The notes under the pieces: generated by a model
The model's input: only the letters and a program-made list of their open reading frames with translations
The model's database searches: none
Told to the model about the DNA's origin: nothing
Translations under genes and position numbers: made by a program
Assembly: GCA_016748015.1 (NCBI GenBank)
Contig: JAAOMT010000512.1
Coordinates: 654,719 to 718,718 of the forward strand
From: Geosiphon pyriformis uo1
Taxonomy: Eukaryota > Fungi > Glomeromycota
Direction: 5' to 3'
Length of the DNA stretch: 64,000 bases
In this document: positions 1-14,020 of the stretch, one piece after another
Numbering within the stretch: the stretch's first letter is position 1
How the letters are laid out: the number at the start of each line of letters is the position of its first letter

Positions 1-299
1 TTTTAATTATTACTTATTATTTAATTAATAATCTAATTTATACAAATACACAAATACAATTAAATTATATAATATTTTAAACTTTATAATATTCAAAAAT
101 TTGTCAAAATTTGTAAAATTTTGTAAAATAATTTAATAGTTTACTAAAGTAGTTTACAAACAAGATTTCTGTAAAAAAATTGACTTTTACAGCAAAATAA
201 TTACATATTTTAATAAGTTTTCAGATGAGTATTTTTTGAAAAAAAGTTAATTTTTACTGCAAAATAACTATACAAGTAACTAATATGAAATTGACTATT

Positions 300-1719
300 C
301 TATTTATAAGCTCAGCTATTTAAATTATAAAAAATAATTTGAAGAGAAATTTAGTTAATAAAAATTTTATAGCTTTTAATAATTATAAATTTACAACAAA
401 ACAACATTAACAACATTCAAAAAAAGAGACCAAAAATCTCTAATAACAATAGCTTTTGTTTTTATTTACTTTATAAAATAGTTGAGAACTATTATAATAT
501 ATTTATTGCTATTAAGAATTACTGTCAAAGATTTAACAACATTAATATCAATTCTATTAAATAATTGATCAACAAAAATTAGATAGATGTTTTTTTTCTA
601 TTAGAAAAAAAAGTTTTTTTTGGCAAGTATTATAAGATTTAATGTAGTTAATAATGTTTTTTTATAAAGTAAATTAATAATAGCAAGCTAAAATTTTCTG
701 AATTGTTTTTGTCTTCTCAAAATATCTAGCTAATAAATTAATATACATATTATAGATTAATATTTTTCTCTTTTTAAATTTTATAATTCTTTAGAAGCAA
801 TTAAAATTTTTTTTTTATATAATTGATTTTAAAAAATTAAATAAAAATTTGATTGTTTTTACAAATATTTTTTTTGTTGTTAAATATAATTTAAAAAATA
901 TTGTTTTTTATCTAAAAATTTTATTAAAGCAGAGTAATTGTTCAGTTTATTATTGTGTTTATAATTAAGTTAGTTTAATAGAAATAATTATGCTATTAGT
1001 TAATAATAAGTTTAGAAAAAGTATTAATATTTTGATAATTAGTTTTTTTGTAGTATTATATATTATAATCAAATTTATTCAATTAGAATATCTAGCAAGC
1101 TAACTGTTTATGTTCTAATTTTTTCTGATTGTACAGCCAAATTAAGACATAATGATTTGTTATTACCAAAAATTTGGCACCAAAAAAATATTTATCTTAG
1201 TAATTAGTAGTCTAAACTAATATTAGATATTCTTATTTAGTAATTAAATAGTTCTGTTCTGTTAGAAAAAGTGGTTTATTAATATATATAATTATATGTT
1301 TTTTATTATCATTATTTTTTTAAAAGAAAATACCATTAAGTACAAAGCTAAATGTATTAGTATAAAGAATAAAAGATTAATTCAGATTAGATTATTTGAA
1401 AATAGATTTAGTGATAAGTTTTTTTTTTAGAGTTTTAAAAGTTTTTTGCTAATATATATTCCAATAATAGTTAACATTTTTTTTAAACAATTGATTTAAA
1501 AATGCAGCAATTTTAGAAAAATTTTTGACAAATTTTTGATAATAAAAAGCCAAACCAAAAAAAAGCATATTTTAAATATATTTATTAGTTGTTTAAGATT
1601 TTAAACTTTTTTTGTTTTGGCAAAGTCAAAAAGAATTTTATTTTTTGTAATAAAATAATCAAAAAAATAAGTAGATAATTGTTTAAAAAAAGATTTGATT
1701 AGATTTATCTTTAGATTAA
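300..1719 (-). mobile_element. Ty3/Gypsy pol relic (RT C-terminus, RNase H, integrase), heavily transition-mutated
   Basis: Reverse strand near 1180-1030 reads GAKFLVITNHYVLIWLYNQ..LAC*IF*LNKFDY (RNase H 'TDH..L.WL..RLARW' after G>A/C>T). Near 570-440 it reads FNRIDINVVKSL..NKYIIIVLNYFIK* (integrase 'GIDVVGPL..YII..DYFTKW'). Near 1570-1480 it reads FGLAFYYQKFVKNFSKIAAFLNQL (RT thumb). Confidence 0.75.
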
Positions 1720-2350
1720 TATTATTAAAAAAATTTTTACTTTTTTTTGAATATTGTTAATATTATTTTTATTATTAATTCTGTTATTAATAAAAGTCAG
1801 TAAATTTTTAATAAGTTAATTTTTCTTTTAAAGTATTTTTCTATACTTTGAATTATGTATATTATTAGGTTTATAATAAAATAGCCAATTCTATACCAAT
1901 TATTTATATAGTTACTTTGTAGTAAAAATCAACTTTTTTACAAAAAAATTTTGTCTATAAGCTCTTCAAAAATATGTGTAGTTATTTTGCTGTAAAAATT
2001 AATTTTTTTACATAAAATTTTAACTGTAAGTTATTCAAATAATAATAAAAAAATAAAAAAAATAAACTAAAGAAAAAGAAAAAAAATATATTAAAAAAGT
2101 TATTTTGGATTCAGATTTAGAAGTTTGTTAATAGTTATTAAAATTGATAACTAATCAATTTCAAAACTTTAGTATAAAATAGTTAAGAATTTTTATGTTT
2201 TTTAAAATAAGTTTTATTAAAATTAATTTGTATAAAAGATACTAAGAAAAATATTAATTTTAATAAATTTATATTTTCTTGAAGAAAAAGTTTATTTTTT
2301 ATACAATTTGTTGTAATACTATTTTATGATTTAGTACTCTTTTTTTTAAA
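1720..2350 (-). repeat. LTR-like repeat, inverted copy of ~9620-10248; partial third copy at ~150-300
   Basis: The reverse complement of 1720-2350 aligns with 9620-10248 (shared terminus GTAAAAATTTTTTTAATAATA; ATAGTATTAYAAYAAATTGTATAAAAA). It interrupts the RT relic at 1720. Confidence 0.6.
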
Positions 2351-2399
2351 TTTTTTAGTGTTATATAAGTAGAAAAACCAATTTAAAGCTATTAAAAAA

Positions 2400-4390
2400 A
2401 CATGATTAATATATAATAACATAAAAAACATAATAATACAAAATAATACATAATAATACATAATAACATAAAATAATACACAATAATAGAAAATAGCACA
2501 GAATAACTAGTCATAATATAAAATAACTAATTATAATATAAAAAAATAAAGCAATAACAGAAATAGCAAGTAATAGCTAGTAATAATAAATAATTAAAAG
2601 CAATTTTACAAAACTAAAAAATATGTATAAAAACAAATAGTTTTAGTAAATTAAAAAAGACAAACAAAAGACAAAACTTATTTTCTTAAAACATATCTTA
2701 GCTTTAATTTGATAAAACTTTTTTATCTTATATTTTCTATATTTTTCTATTTATTATTAAATAAAAAATATTATTTAATTTACTTATATATAATCACAGA
2801 ATTCATGTTATTAAAATTAAATTAATCATTTCTCTTATTTTTATTTTAGACCAGACATTATTAGTATAAAAAGCTTTAGAACACTAACAATTTGAACCAA
2901 TTATACTTGATTATAATAATTAATAATAATAATTTCTCTTTTTATTTTTTTTTATTTTTATTTTTTATTTTATTTTTTATTTTTTATTTTTTTTTATTTT
3001 TGTAAAGTAATAACAAAAAACATTGACTATTAGAAAATAGACTTTGTGATAGTCTAATAAAAAAAAAGCTTTTTTTAAATTTGGATTTAATTTTATCTTA
3101 TTAACTTATTAGAAAAGCAAAAAGACAATACCAAACTTTAATAATTGTTTTTAACTAGCTTGGAGAAAATAGCTTAAATTCATAACTACAAACTACCAAA
3201 ATGCATTTTTGTGTTTTATAACCAAAAAATTCTACAGGTAAATTTATATATAACAAAAACTTTTAAAAACTAATAAACTTTAATATATTTTCTATATAAT
3301 TAAAAGAAATTTTATAGTTTTTTTATTTAAATTTAAAACATTAAATGTTATTACAATATCTTACCAAATTTATTCATAATTTTTGGTATTTTCTGTAAGA
3401 TTATAAAATTTACAAAAACAAAGCACTTCAAAAATTCACAAAAGTGATAACTATTAAGACTATAAAAAAAGATTATTACTGTTTAAAAAAGTATTATATC
3501 ATTATTTTAAAGAAAATTTAAGAATACTAACAGAAATTATTACTGTTAAAAACAATTTTATTTATTATATATATGCTAGAATTGACTACTTACTAAGCCA
3601 AACAACAAATGTAAAAAAATTTAAAGAGCAAATTTATTAATAATTATTAACATATTTAATTTTAATTATTACAAGAGTGATAACTAAAATTTTTTTCTTA
3701 ATTAACAATAAAATTGAGTTATATATACAAAAACAGTACTCCTAATTAAAAAACAAACAAACATTAAAACCTGACTTCAAAAAATCTGAGTCTAATTCTA
3801 ATAATAATATACAAACTATACAAAAAAAACTTAACCTATGATTAATAAAAAATTAAGGTTTTTTTTATTAATAATTTTTTTTATATTATTAGACTATAAA
3901 AACAAAATTTTATTTAATCAACTTACTAAATTACATTTAAAAACTTCAAGAACTTTTGAAAATCTGTATTTTTAGAACTTTAATAAAAATTTTTGGACTA
4001 AATTTTTATTTAAAAGTTTTATTCTAACAAAAAAAACAATTATTTTTAAGATTAATAAAACAATTAAATATATTTCTATTAATATATTTTTTGTTTATAT
4101 TTAAATAAATCTTTATCATTCAGATCATAATTTACAAAAACATTACTAAACTGGGAAAATTATCTGATAAAAAAGACAATTTTATATATAAATTATAAAA
4201 GCTAAAAAATTAATTAAAATTAACAATTGGATTAAGACCAAAATAATTTAAATTTTATTTTTTTTTTGATTAAAACTACAAATCCATAATTTTAAAATCA
4301 TATTTATTTACTAATATAAATTAAAAATTAGTATTTAAAGTTTCAATAATTATTATAGTTTAGTTAGTATCTAAATTTAACTTAATTAGA
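2400..4390. mobile_element. Degenerate LTR-retrotransposon fragments (LTR-like ~2400-3100 resembling the 57356 LTR family in opposite orientation; possible gag-like relic ~3200-4390)
   Basis: CTTGATTATAATAATTAATAA plus a T-rich tract at 2906-3000 matches the reverse complement of 57720-57800. Short CATAATAATA-type tandem repeats at 2410-2540. The rest is only weakly assignable. Confidence 0.35.
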
Positions 4391-4394
4391 AAAA

Positions 4395-6382
4395 AAATCA
4401 TGGCAAAAAAAAATAATTAGATAGCAAAAAAAATAGCAGTTATTTAAAAAGCAGAAACCATAATATAAACAGGAATAAAAACTAAAAATATTAATTCTAA
4501 ATATATTTTTTAATTGTTTTCAATTTTTTATGCAAATTCAATAGTCATATCTATTGTGAAATTATTTTTCAGGACCAAAAAAGGCCAAAAAGCATAAAAT
4601 AAGTCAGTTCTTATTTCTTTAATAAAAAAGTGAATCTTTTGTTTTCTGTTTAATTTTTTTTAGAGTTTATTTGTTTGATAAGCTTTCTTATTGTTTTGGC
4701 ATATTTAATTACTACTTTTTCTGGGCCTTGAATTTTTTTTCCAATTTCATGTACTATTTAAATATTAAGATTAGAATTTTGAATTTATTTTCAAATCGAA
4801 TAATAAAAAAGGTGTTGTCTTTTTTAGCATTTGTTAATATCTATTTAACAATTTTTTGTTGAGTATTAACATTGGTTTTTTATGAAAACCATGTTGCAAA
4901 AAAGCTTTAAAGGTAGCTACTAATGATTTGAAACTTGTAGTCAGTATTATTTTGATTGGCTGTAATTGCTTTTTTAAAGTTATTTAACTATTCAATAAGA
5001 TTTTGGATATTACCTCTAAATAATAATAATAAGATATTGTTTTTTTGTTTTAGAACAGTTTGTATATCTTGGAAAACGGTCTAAATATTTGCTTACATAA
5101 GATCAACAATTATTAATTCAAAAATAACTGTTTGTGTAAAATGGTCTAATTTACTTAAGAAAAGATTAATAACAGAAACAATTTAGTAGCTTTTTTCTTC
5201 TGTTTTAAAAAAAGTTTTAGTTAATTAATAGACAGTGATTCAGATGTAAATTTGATAATTTAGATATTCAAAATCAGAAAATTATTAGTCAAAAGTTGTT
5301 AAATATAAAAGTTAATTAATGTAGTTGTTTTTTTCTTCAAAGATTTTTTTAAAGTAAGTTTGATTAAAAAATAAATTGTATAGATTATATAAGTTTTAAC
5401 TGAATGTTTATTTAGAAACCAGTTCTAAAAATCTTGAAATTGTCTATTGGTTTGTTTTTTAACAAAAAAACAGATTAAGCAGAAGGACAGAGAATTGAGT
5501 TTAATAAAATTTAAGTCATTTTTGTTGTATACTGCAAAATGTTTTTTTGATTGTTATAACAGATATAAATAATTATCTATACAATAAAAAACAAAGTGAA
5601 TTTTAAAAACCTTATAAAGAGCACTACTTTTATGTTACAAGTTAAAATAACAAGCTAATAAATAGCAAAAGAGAACAGAATTATAGAATAATAAAATTAA
5701 TCAAAGAGAGAATTACAATAAAAAAGCAAATTAAATAAGTAAAAATTTAATATATGTGATTAGTCTCGTAAAAATTACAGTTACAAATCTTTTCTGGGAA
5801 TCTAAAGATAGTAAAATAGTTTGTAATTATTAATAAAATAATACTGCTATTATTATTTTATGTTTTAACTTAGCAATTTTTAAAATCAATAACAGATGTT
5901 ATTGTATTTTTTAATTGATTTTTTATTCAATAAATCACAAAAGCAAGCAATTGTTTTTCAGGCTAATTTTTAACAATACAAATCAAAAAAAGGAAAAGAT
6001 AAGATATATAAATACCAATAAATAATCTTTTATTCTAAGATATTCAAATACTTAAAAGTAAAAAAGAAAAATAAATAATATAAAAAGAAGTAATTAATAA
6101 TGAGTTTTATTTTATTACTTTGATCATGTTTTTTTTATAGCTAAGAGACTTATTATATATATAGTTATTAAAAATGATTAATGATTAAGTTATTAATTAG
6201 GTTAATAATTAAATTATTAATCAGATTAATAATTAAGTCAATAATTAGGTCAATAATCAGATCAATAATTAGGTTAATAATTAGGTTATTAATTACTATA
6301 TAAAAATAAAGTGGCTAATTATATAATATTAATAGTTAATATATGTAATAACTAATAAAAACTATAAGTTTTAATTATAATA
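4395..6382 (-). mobile_element. Old hypermutated copy of the Gypsy family at 59804 (5' LTR 5633-6382, PBS, gag N-terminal half)
   Basis: The reverse complement starts TATTATAATTAAAACTTATAG vs TGTTATGGTTGAAACTCATAG at 59804. The LTR ends TGTAACA-TAAAAG-TAGTGCTC, as at 60460-60480. The gag relic VLKNNFTIDMTIEFA*KIENN corresponds to ALKNNPTMNMAIKLAQKIEDN. A 12-bp tandem repeat in the LTR (6175-6290) matches 59895-59935. Confidence 0.85.
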
Positions 6383-6399
6383 ATATATAAAACTATAAT

Positions 6400-9300
6400 G
6401 TTTATTAAAAAAAAATAAAACCAAACAAACTATTAAAATTAATCAAAATTAGACAACTATTTAATAAAATTAGAATTGACTTAATAAAATTATTAATAAT
6501 AATAAACAGAAGCAATTAGTATATTATTATTGTTATAGATTATTTTACTAAATGGCTAAAAGCTAAAGTTATATAAAAAGCTAATACAGAATTAATAGCT
6601 AAATTTGTTTATTAAAACTTAATCTGTTAATATAAATGTTTAAAAAAACTATTATCTAATCAAAAAACTCATTTTGTAAACAGAATATTAGCAGAATTAA
6701 GCCAAAAATTTGAAGTCAAAAAACTATTGTCATTACTATATGATTTATAAACAAATTGCTTAATTAAAAAATTCAATAGAATATTATATAAAATATTAAC
6801 TAAAATCAGTTAAAAAAACCAAAAAAATAAAACATATTTATATTATTAATACTATTTACTTATTAAATAATAAAGCAAAATACTGGTTAAGTTATACTAT
6901 TTAAATTAGTATATAACCAAATAATAATATTATTAATACAAAAAAAAATAATAAAATATTTAATAAAACTAATAATAAAAGACATATATTAAGCAAAATT
7001 ATTAAAACAAACATAAAACTTAATAGAAATCTTAAAAAACAAAAAAAAACAACAACTAAATATATTAAAAAATTACAAAAAAAACAAAAAAAAAGACATA
7101 ATAATTTTTAAACAAACTAACTAAATTTATAATTAGAAACATAATATTTTTATATTATATAAAAGTAAAAAAACAATAAAATAAAAAATTTAATTTAAAG
7201 TAAAACAAATTATTTTATATTAAAAAATATTAAGAAATAAATTATACAGATTAAAACTAAAAAACCAAATTTTGACTAAAACAGTACATAAAAATTGATT
7301 AAAGTTATATTATAGTAAAATATTAATAAGTATTAATATATTTTAGTTAAAAGGATAGAAAATAATAATTAAACTAAATAAAATTTTATAAGATTTAGAA
7401 TTAATTATTATTATTAAAGTTAAATATATCACAAAACTAAAAATTATTATAAATATAATTAAAACACATAATAAATAAAATAATAAATAAAAATAATAAA
7501 TAAAATATACACAATAATATAATAATTATTTTAAATATTAAAAACCAAAAACTTAGATATAAAAATAACAATTAATAAGCAAAAAATTTGTTATAAAAAT
7601 ACTCAAAAAAACAAACCAATTAAAAAGAAACTATATAATAAAACTCAGAAATAAGAAAATATTTACATAAAAAAATTTGTTAAAAAAGTAAAAAAAATTT
7701 TAAAAATTCAGTAACAAATATTTAATTAAAAGAAATAATAAAAAAAGACTGAAAAAATTAGAAAAAACAGTTTTTAATAGCATATTGCTATTATTACTTA
7801 GAACAATAGCTAAATATTTAGACATTATATATCAACAGTTCCAAATAAGTGTTTGACAAAAAAATAATATAACAAATAAAATACTTTATTAGAAAAAACA
7901 ACTTAATAATCTATTTGAAAACAATTTACTAATTATATATAATCTTTTATAAATACAATTTAAAAAGCTAAAAACAGAAATTTTTAAGACCATAATAGAA
8001 AAAAAAATACATAAAATTATTTAAAAAAAAACTTAAAAAATTTTGCAGAAGCTTAATATTAAAAAAAAGAGATAATATCATTCATAAAAAAAAACATAAA
8101 AAAATAATAGCATAAAATAGCCAATAGTAAAATAAAAAATTATTAGAATATATAATACCAAAAATTCTAGAAATATCAGTAAAAATTTCAAGAATGTTAA
8201 AAATTCTAATAATAACTTAAAATAATTATAAAAATTGTAGAAATTTTGTATTACAAAGATTTATATATATATAGCAAAAATAGTAAAAGTTAAAAAGACA
8301 TCAATTTATTAGTTAATTATTAAAACAAAACAAACTTACTTTAAGATCAATTTAGTTATTTTTATTTTATTAACTATTATAATTTAATCAAAATATTTAA
8401 TAAAAGCTCTATTTTATTTATTTATCCATAAACTCAAGATTATTATATTAATACTTATATTATCATAATATTAATATTATTATTATCTATAATAATTACT
8501 TAATAATATTGAAACAATAGCTTTTAATTACAGCTATTAATAAGATACTAATTATTATTTTATTATTTCGTAAAGTTGTGTTTATTTAGATTATTAACTA
8601 CTTGTAAAAAAAGTTCTAAGATTATAAAACCAATGATTATTAGGTAAAAAATATCAGAAAAAAATATAAATATAATAAAAAACCTAGAATTGCTTATCAA
8701 AAAAATGCAAACATTAAAATAAACTGATTATTAAGCCAAAAAAATTAACAAATTTAGAATTAACTATTATTAAAAAAATTTTGTTTATTATAGAAAGAAC
8801 TTTCCAAAAAAATTTTCAAAAAATCTTTAAAATACATCATAATAAATCTAAATATCAAGTTACAAAAATTACCAATAACTATAAATATATTATATTTGTA
8901 ATATTATTACTAAAAAACAAATTAATTATATTTAAACAAAATTTACTACAATCTTATTAATAAATTCACAAAATTATTATTTTTATAAAAAAAACACAAG
9001 AAGTTATTCTGAAATTTATTTATTAAAACTTTTAAAGTAAGTTTTAAGAAAAAATTTATGGTTTATTTTTATTAATATTTCACTAAATACTACAGTTTAA
9101 CAAAAATTTTATAGATATTTTTATATTAAAAAAATACTTTACAAAAGAAAACTAAAACTTAAAACAACAAATTTTATAATCAAATTTATTTAAAAACAAA
9201 TACACAATAAATTTAAAACAATAGCTAAATTAACAAATCTTTGTTACAAAATTAGAACAGTTTTTAAACTTTATAACTTATTTTATATTTGTAAAAATAT

Positions 9301-10248
9301 TTTATAATACCTAATTTTACAATTTTTAAAGATTTAAAATATTGAAAAACTTGTTAAACTAAAATTTTAATAATTTTTAAACCAAATTTTTCAATAATTA
9401 TTTGAAAATTACAGATAGTATTTGAACTTTGACAAAACTTAGTTTTAAATTATTTGAATTATTATTTAATTAATAACTTAATTTATATAAAACACAAATA
9501 TAATCAAATTGTAATAATTAGATTATGCAATATACTAAACTATATAATATTTAAAGTTTATTAAAATGTTTAAAAATTTGAAATTTAATGAAATATATTT
9601 TTAGTTTGTTAAAATATTAGAAAAAAACTGTTAAATTATAGAATAGTATTATAATAAATTGTATAAAAATAATTTTTTTTTTAAAAAAAATATATTTTAC
9701 TTAGAATCTTTTATTAGATATCTTAATTTAAACTTATTTTTTTTATAATTTAATTTAATAAATTTATCTTGCAAACCCAATTTTTTAAATTATTACTGCT
9801 TTAAAATTAATTATTTTATATTAATATTTTGAAATTAATTAGTTACTAATTTTAATTATTAATAATTCTAGATTTAAATCTGAAATAATTTTCTTAAATA
9901 TATTTTTTATTTTTTATTTTACTTTTTTATTTTTTTTATATTATTAAATAACTTACAATTGAAAATTTCTTGCAAAAAATTTAATTTTTACATATTATTT
10001 AAAAAGTTTATAAATAAGATTTTTTTGTAAAAAAATTAATTTTTATTACAAAGTAACTATATAAAGTAATTAATATAAAAATGATTATTTTATTATAAAT
10101 CTAATAGTATATATAATCTAAAATAAAAAGAAATATTTTAGAAAAAAAATTAGCTTGTTAAAAGTTTACCAACTTTTATTAGTAACAGAAGTAATAATAA
10201 AATAATATTAATAATATTTAGAAAAGAGTAAAAATTTTTTTAATAATA
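6400..10248 (+). mobile_element. 3' half of a Ty3/Gypsy element: integrase relic (~6400-7320), ~2.3 kb unassigned region, probable 3' LTR (~9620-10248)
   Basis: From ~6472 it reads RIDLIKLL..*YIIIVIDYFTKWLKAK..LLSNQKTHFVN..TNCLIKKFNRIL, i.e. the integrase core (GIDLVGPL, DYFTKW, SDQGTHF, TNGLVERFNRTL) after transitions. Confidence 0.75.
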
Positions 10249-10249
10249 T

Positions 10250-11050
10250 TATTATAAAAATTAGAAAACTTTTAAATATTATTATTGCTATAAATATTAG
10301 AGTTTGAATTATTTGTTTATAAATTGTAAAATATTATTATATATTTTTTTTAAGTTATCTATAAAGTTTGCTGTTAATTTTAAGTTATTTGTATTATTTT
10401 TTATTAATAAAAAATTTTATGTTGAGACTTTTGTTTTTTTGGTTTTTTTTGTTGTTTTTTTGACTACTTTTGTTATTAATTTTATGACTAAATTTAGATT
10501 AAATTTTTTTAAATCTCAAATCTTAAACTTGATTATTTTAATTAAATTTATTATTAAATTAATTAGTTTTTTAATTACTTTGATTATTTTTTTTCTAAAT
10601 AAAAATATAGTGAAAGTTTCAAAATAAAAAAAAAATCTGCTATTTATAATAATTGTTTCTAATAATTTTGCTGGTTTTTTAATTAGTATATCTAAAAATT
10701 TCACTAATTTTAAAACTAAAATAAAATTTGACAACATAAATAAAGATAAAATAAGTACTGTTAAAACATTTTTGTTGAATAAAAATACTTACAAATATTT
10801 GGTTTTAATATTAAAAATAGTATTAAAAAATTAAACTGTTTTTTAACAAATTAATTTTGATAACTAAAACTAAAATAGTATTATAAAAAAAACTTAATAA
10901 ACTGAGTTTATTTTATATTTATTTTAATTTAGTTTAGTTAGTATTTTAATTAAATTAAGTAATTAATTACATATAAAAAATATTTAAAACATATTTATAT
11001 AAATATTTTATTAAGTTTTTTGGTCATATTTATAATAATTAAATAAATAA
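10250..11050 (+). mobile_element. LINE-derived relic: ORF1 C-terminal region followed directly by the LINE 3' UTR
   Basis: 10440-10700 aligns with the ORF1-end region at 36700-36915. 10944-10983 is a transition-mutated copy of the 3' UTR core at 46292-46331. Confidence 0.6.
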
Positions 11051-11099
11051 AATTATAATAAATTTTGACTTAATAAAAAATTATTAATATATAATAAAT

Positions 11100-14020
11100 T
11101 AAATTAAAACAAAGTTTTTTTTTATTGCTTTAAAAAAAAATTTATAATTTTTTTTTATATAAAATTAAAAAACATAAAAGTTTAAATAATTACAGAATTA
11201 ATATTAAATTTGTTATTAAAATTAAAAAAATTAAACCTAAAATTAGTATAATTTTATTTTAATAATGTAATTTAAATTAAAATAGTTAAACTATTATTAA
11301 ATTTTAAATATATTTTTATTTATTTATTTAATAAGTAAAGCCCAATTACTTAAATATTATTAGTAAATTTTTTAAAATTAATAATATTTTTTTAAATATT
11401 AATAATTTATTTATTTCTATTATAAAAAAATATATGCACAAATATTTTGGAATTTTTTTGTTAATTAAAACTTTATTTAAGCTTAATTTTAAAAAATACA
11501 TTTAGTTATTAAATTTTTTGTAAATATAATTTAAAAAAACTATTTTTTTACTTTAGTTTTAACAATTTTATAATTTATAGTTAATTATAAAACACAGTAC
11601 AGTTTTGTTTTTAAAAAATTAACAAAAAATATATTAATTAAAAAAACTTAAAATTTAAAATAAATTTGCTTAAAAATTTTTTAATAAAATATTATAATAT
11701 TCTTTTTTATATTATTTCAAGATTTTTAAGCAAATTTAAATTAAAAAAATCTTAACAGCAATGGTTTTTTTAAATCTTAATAGTATTTTTGACTATTTAT
11801 TTAATTATATTTTATTGAATTTATAAATATTAAATTAAATACTTAAGAATTTATTGTAATATTTTGTAAATTAAAAATTAATTTAATAAACAATTTTTTA
11901 ATTAAAATTACAAGAATATTTTTTATTGTGGTATTTTTTTTATAAATAATATGTATGATATTTTTTATTTTATTAGTAGTGTTTTTATGTTTAATATTTT
12001 GGATAAATTAATATATTATAAGATAATAAAATTATTAAAAAAATTTAAAATTGCTTTTGTTAATTAACTATAAACATAAGTATTGTTTAAATTAAAAAGT
12101 TTTTATTATTAAAAAAAATTAGAATTTAAGAATTTAATATTTGTTTAATTTTAAATAAGATAATAATTAAGTTAAAAACATATTTAATTTAAATTTTTAA
12201 ATTTTTTTTAATATATAAGTAAAATTTATTTAAACAATTAAAAAAATTACAATTAAATTTACACAAAATACAATTTTTTTAACAATAAATTTTATTAAAT
12301 TAATTAAATTTTGTAATTATATATATAAAATTTTAATTAAACTTAAACAACATATTAAAAACTATTTATAACAAAAAAAATAGCAGTCTTAATATAAAAT
12401 ATTAAACCAATAAATTATTTTTTAAAAATTTTAAACATAATTAAAAACTTAAAAAAAAGTTTTTGTTAATTAATAAATATAACTTAATAATTAAAAACTA
12501 AATATTTAAACTTTAATATTTATAGCAATATTAATATTCAAAATTTTTATATCTAATATACTTTTTTATAAAGCATTAGTTTTAATAATAATAATAAATT
12601 TAAATATAAGAGTAATAAATTTTAATATTAATTATTAAAAAATTAAAAAATAAAATAAGTTTAATTATTAATTTAAAAAACCAATTTAATAATTTTATAG
12701 ATTATATAATAAAAAAAATAACTAAACTTGATTTTTAATATATTATAAAAAATAATAATATTTTGTTGATTTATAGAAAAAATTCTAATATTATTTTTAA
12801 TTATTAGAATAAATTAACAAAAACAGTTTTATTAATTTTTAAAAACTTTAAATATATTACAATATATTATTACAAACCAGTAAACTTTAATTTAATAATA
12901 AAAATTTTACCAAAAACACTTAAAAAAACATTATACAAACTTACAACAACAGAAACAAAAACAAAAATAGATATTACAAAAAATTTTACTATCTTAAAAA
13001 TAAAAAAAAATTAATGAGTTTAATTTAAACAGTAATATTCAAAAAAATTTAAAACACAAATTTTAAACAAAAAAGCTTAATATTATTTTTTACAATAATT
13101 TTTAAACTAATTAATCCAAACAAAAATTAAAATACAGTTTTAACATAAACCAACTTAATTTTAATAAATTTATTAAACATTAAAATAAAAACTACTTATT
13201 TAAAAAACTTTTAACAACAAATAATAGTTTTTTAAATAGTATTGAATTTAACAGTATTTTCAAAAAAAAGTGTTTTAGTTTTTATTTTATTAATCCAATT
13301 TTTAAAATTAAATAATCTAATAAGTTAATTAGTTAAAATTATATATAAAAATATAATTTGTCTTGTTTTTAAAACTGGTAATAATAAATTAGAATTTAAT
13401 ATATTAAGTAATTTAGTTATGTATTAATCTAATTAACTTTGGCAGTTATATTATTGTTGTTATTATTAAAAAGAAAAATATTGTTTATATTTAAATTAAA
13501 ATTGAGTATTATAATTAGTATAATTATAATAAAATTACCAAAAACATTCAAAAAGCTAAATAAAGTCAATGTTTACTTTTTACAAAAAGAAATATAAACT
13601 TTAAATAAAAAACATTTTTTCAAATATTTTAAAAGAATTAATTGTTCAAATTTAAAAAAAAGAAAGAGTTGCTTTTTTGTTTTTTTAAGAAAAATAGCTT
13701 GGCTATTAAAATTTTTTAAACTTTTTGAAATAATAATAACTACACTAAAATTGATCTTAATTAGTTACTTTAAAAAAACTTTGAATAATAAAAGGCTTTT
13801 ACTTAAAGTTAAAAAAAGTATTTTTTTAACAGTCAAAAACTGTTTTGTATTTTTTATATTTAAAAAAACACTTCGAAAAAATACTGTTTAGCTGTTTTTA
13901 CTTTTAAAAAGCTTTTTAATTTGTAAAAGTGTTAAAAACAATAAAAGAATAAATAGTTGCTTTTTTTTACTCTTTGTTTTAATTATAATTATAAAAATAC
14001 AAGAGAAAAAAAGTTTAATG
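11100..14020 (-). mobile_element. Highly degenerate LINE ORF1-type relic
   Basis: 12350-14020 is colinear with 18100-19280 and, inverted, with 46700-48920. The 5' end motif ATACAAGAGAAAAA is shared with 19266-19280. The 11100-12300 part is weakly assigned. Confidence 0.5.

Noticed and set aside
6175-6290. 12-bp periodic repeats (also 59895-59935 and the ~40-bp units at 58120-58256) as CRISPR or telomeric arrays
   Set aside because: No unique spacers; they lie inside LTRs of a eukaryotic genome.
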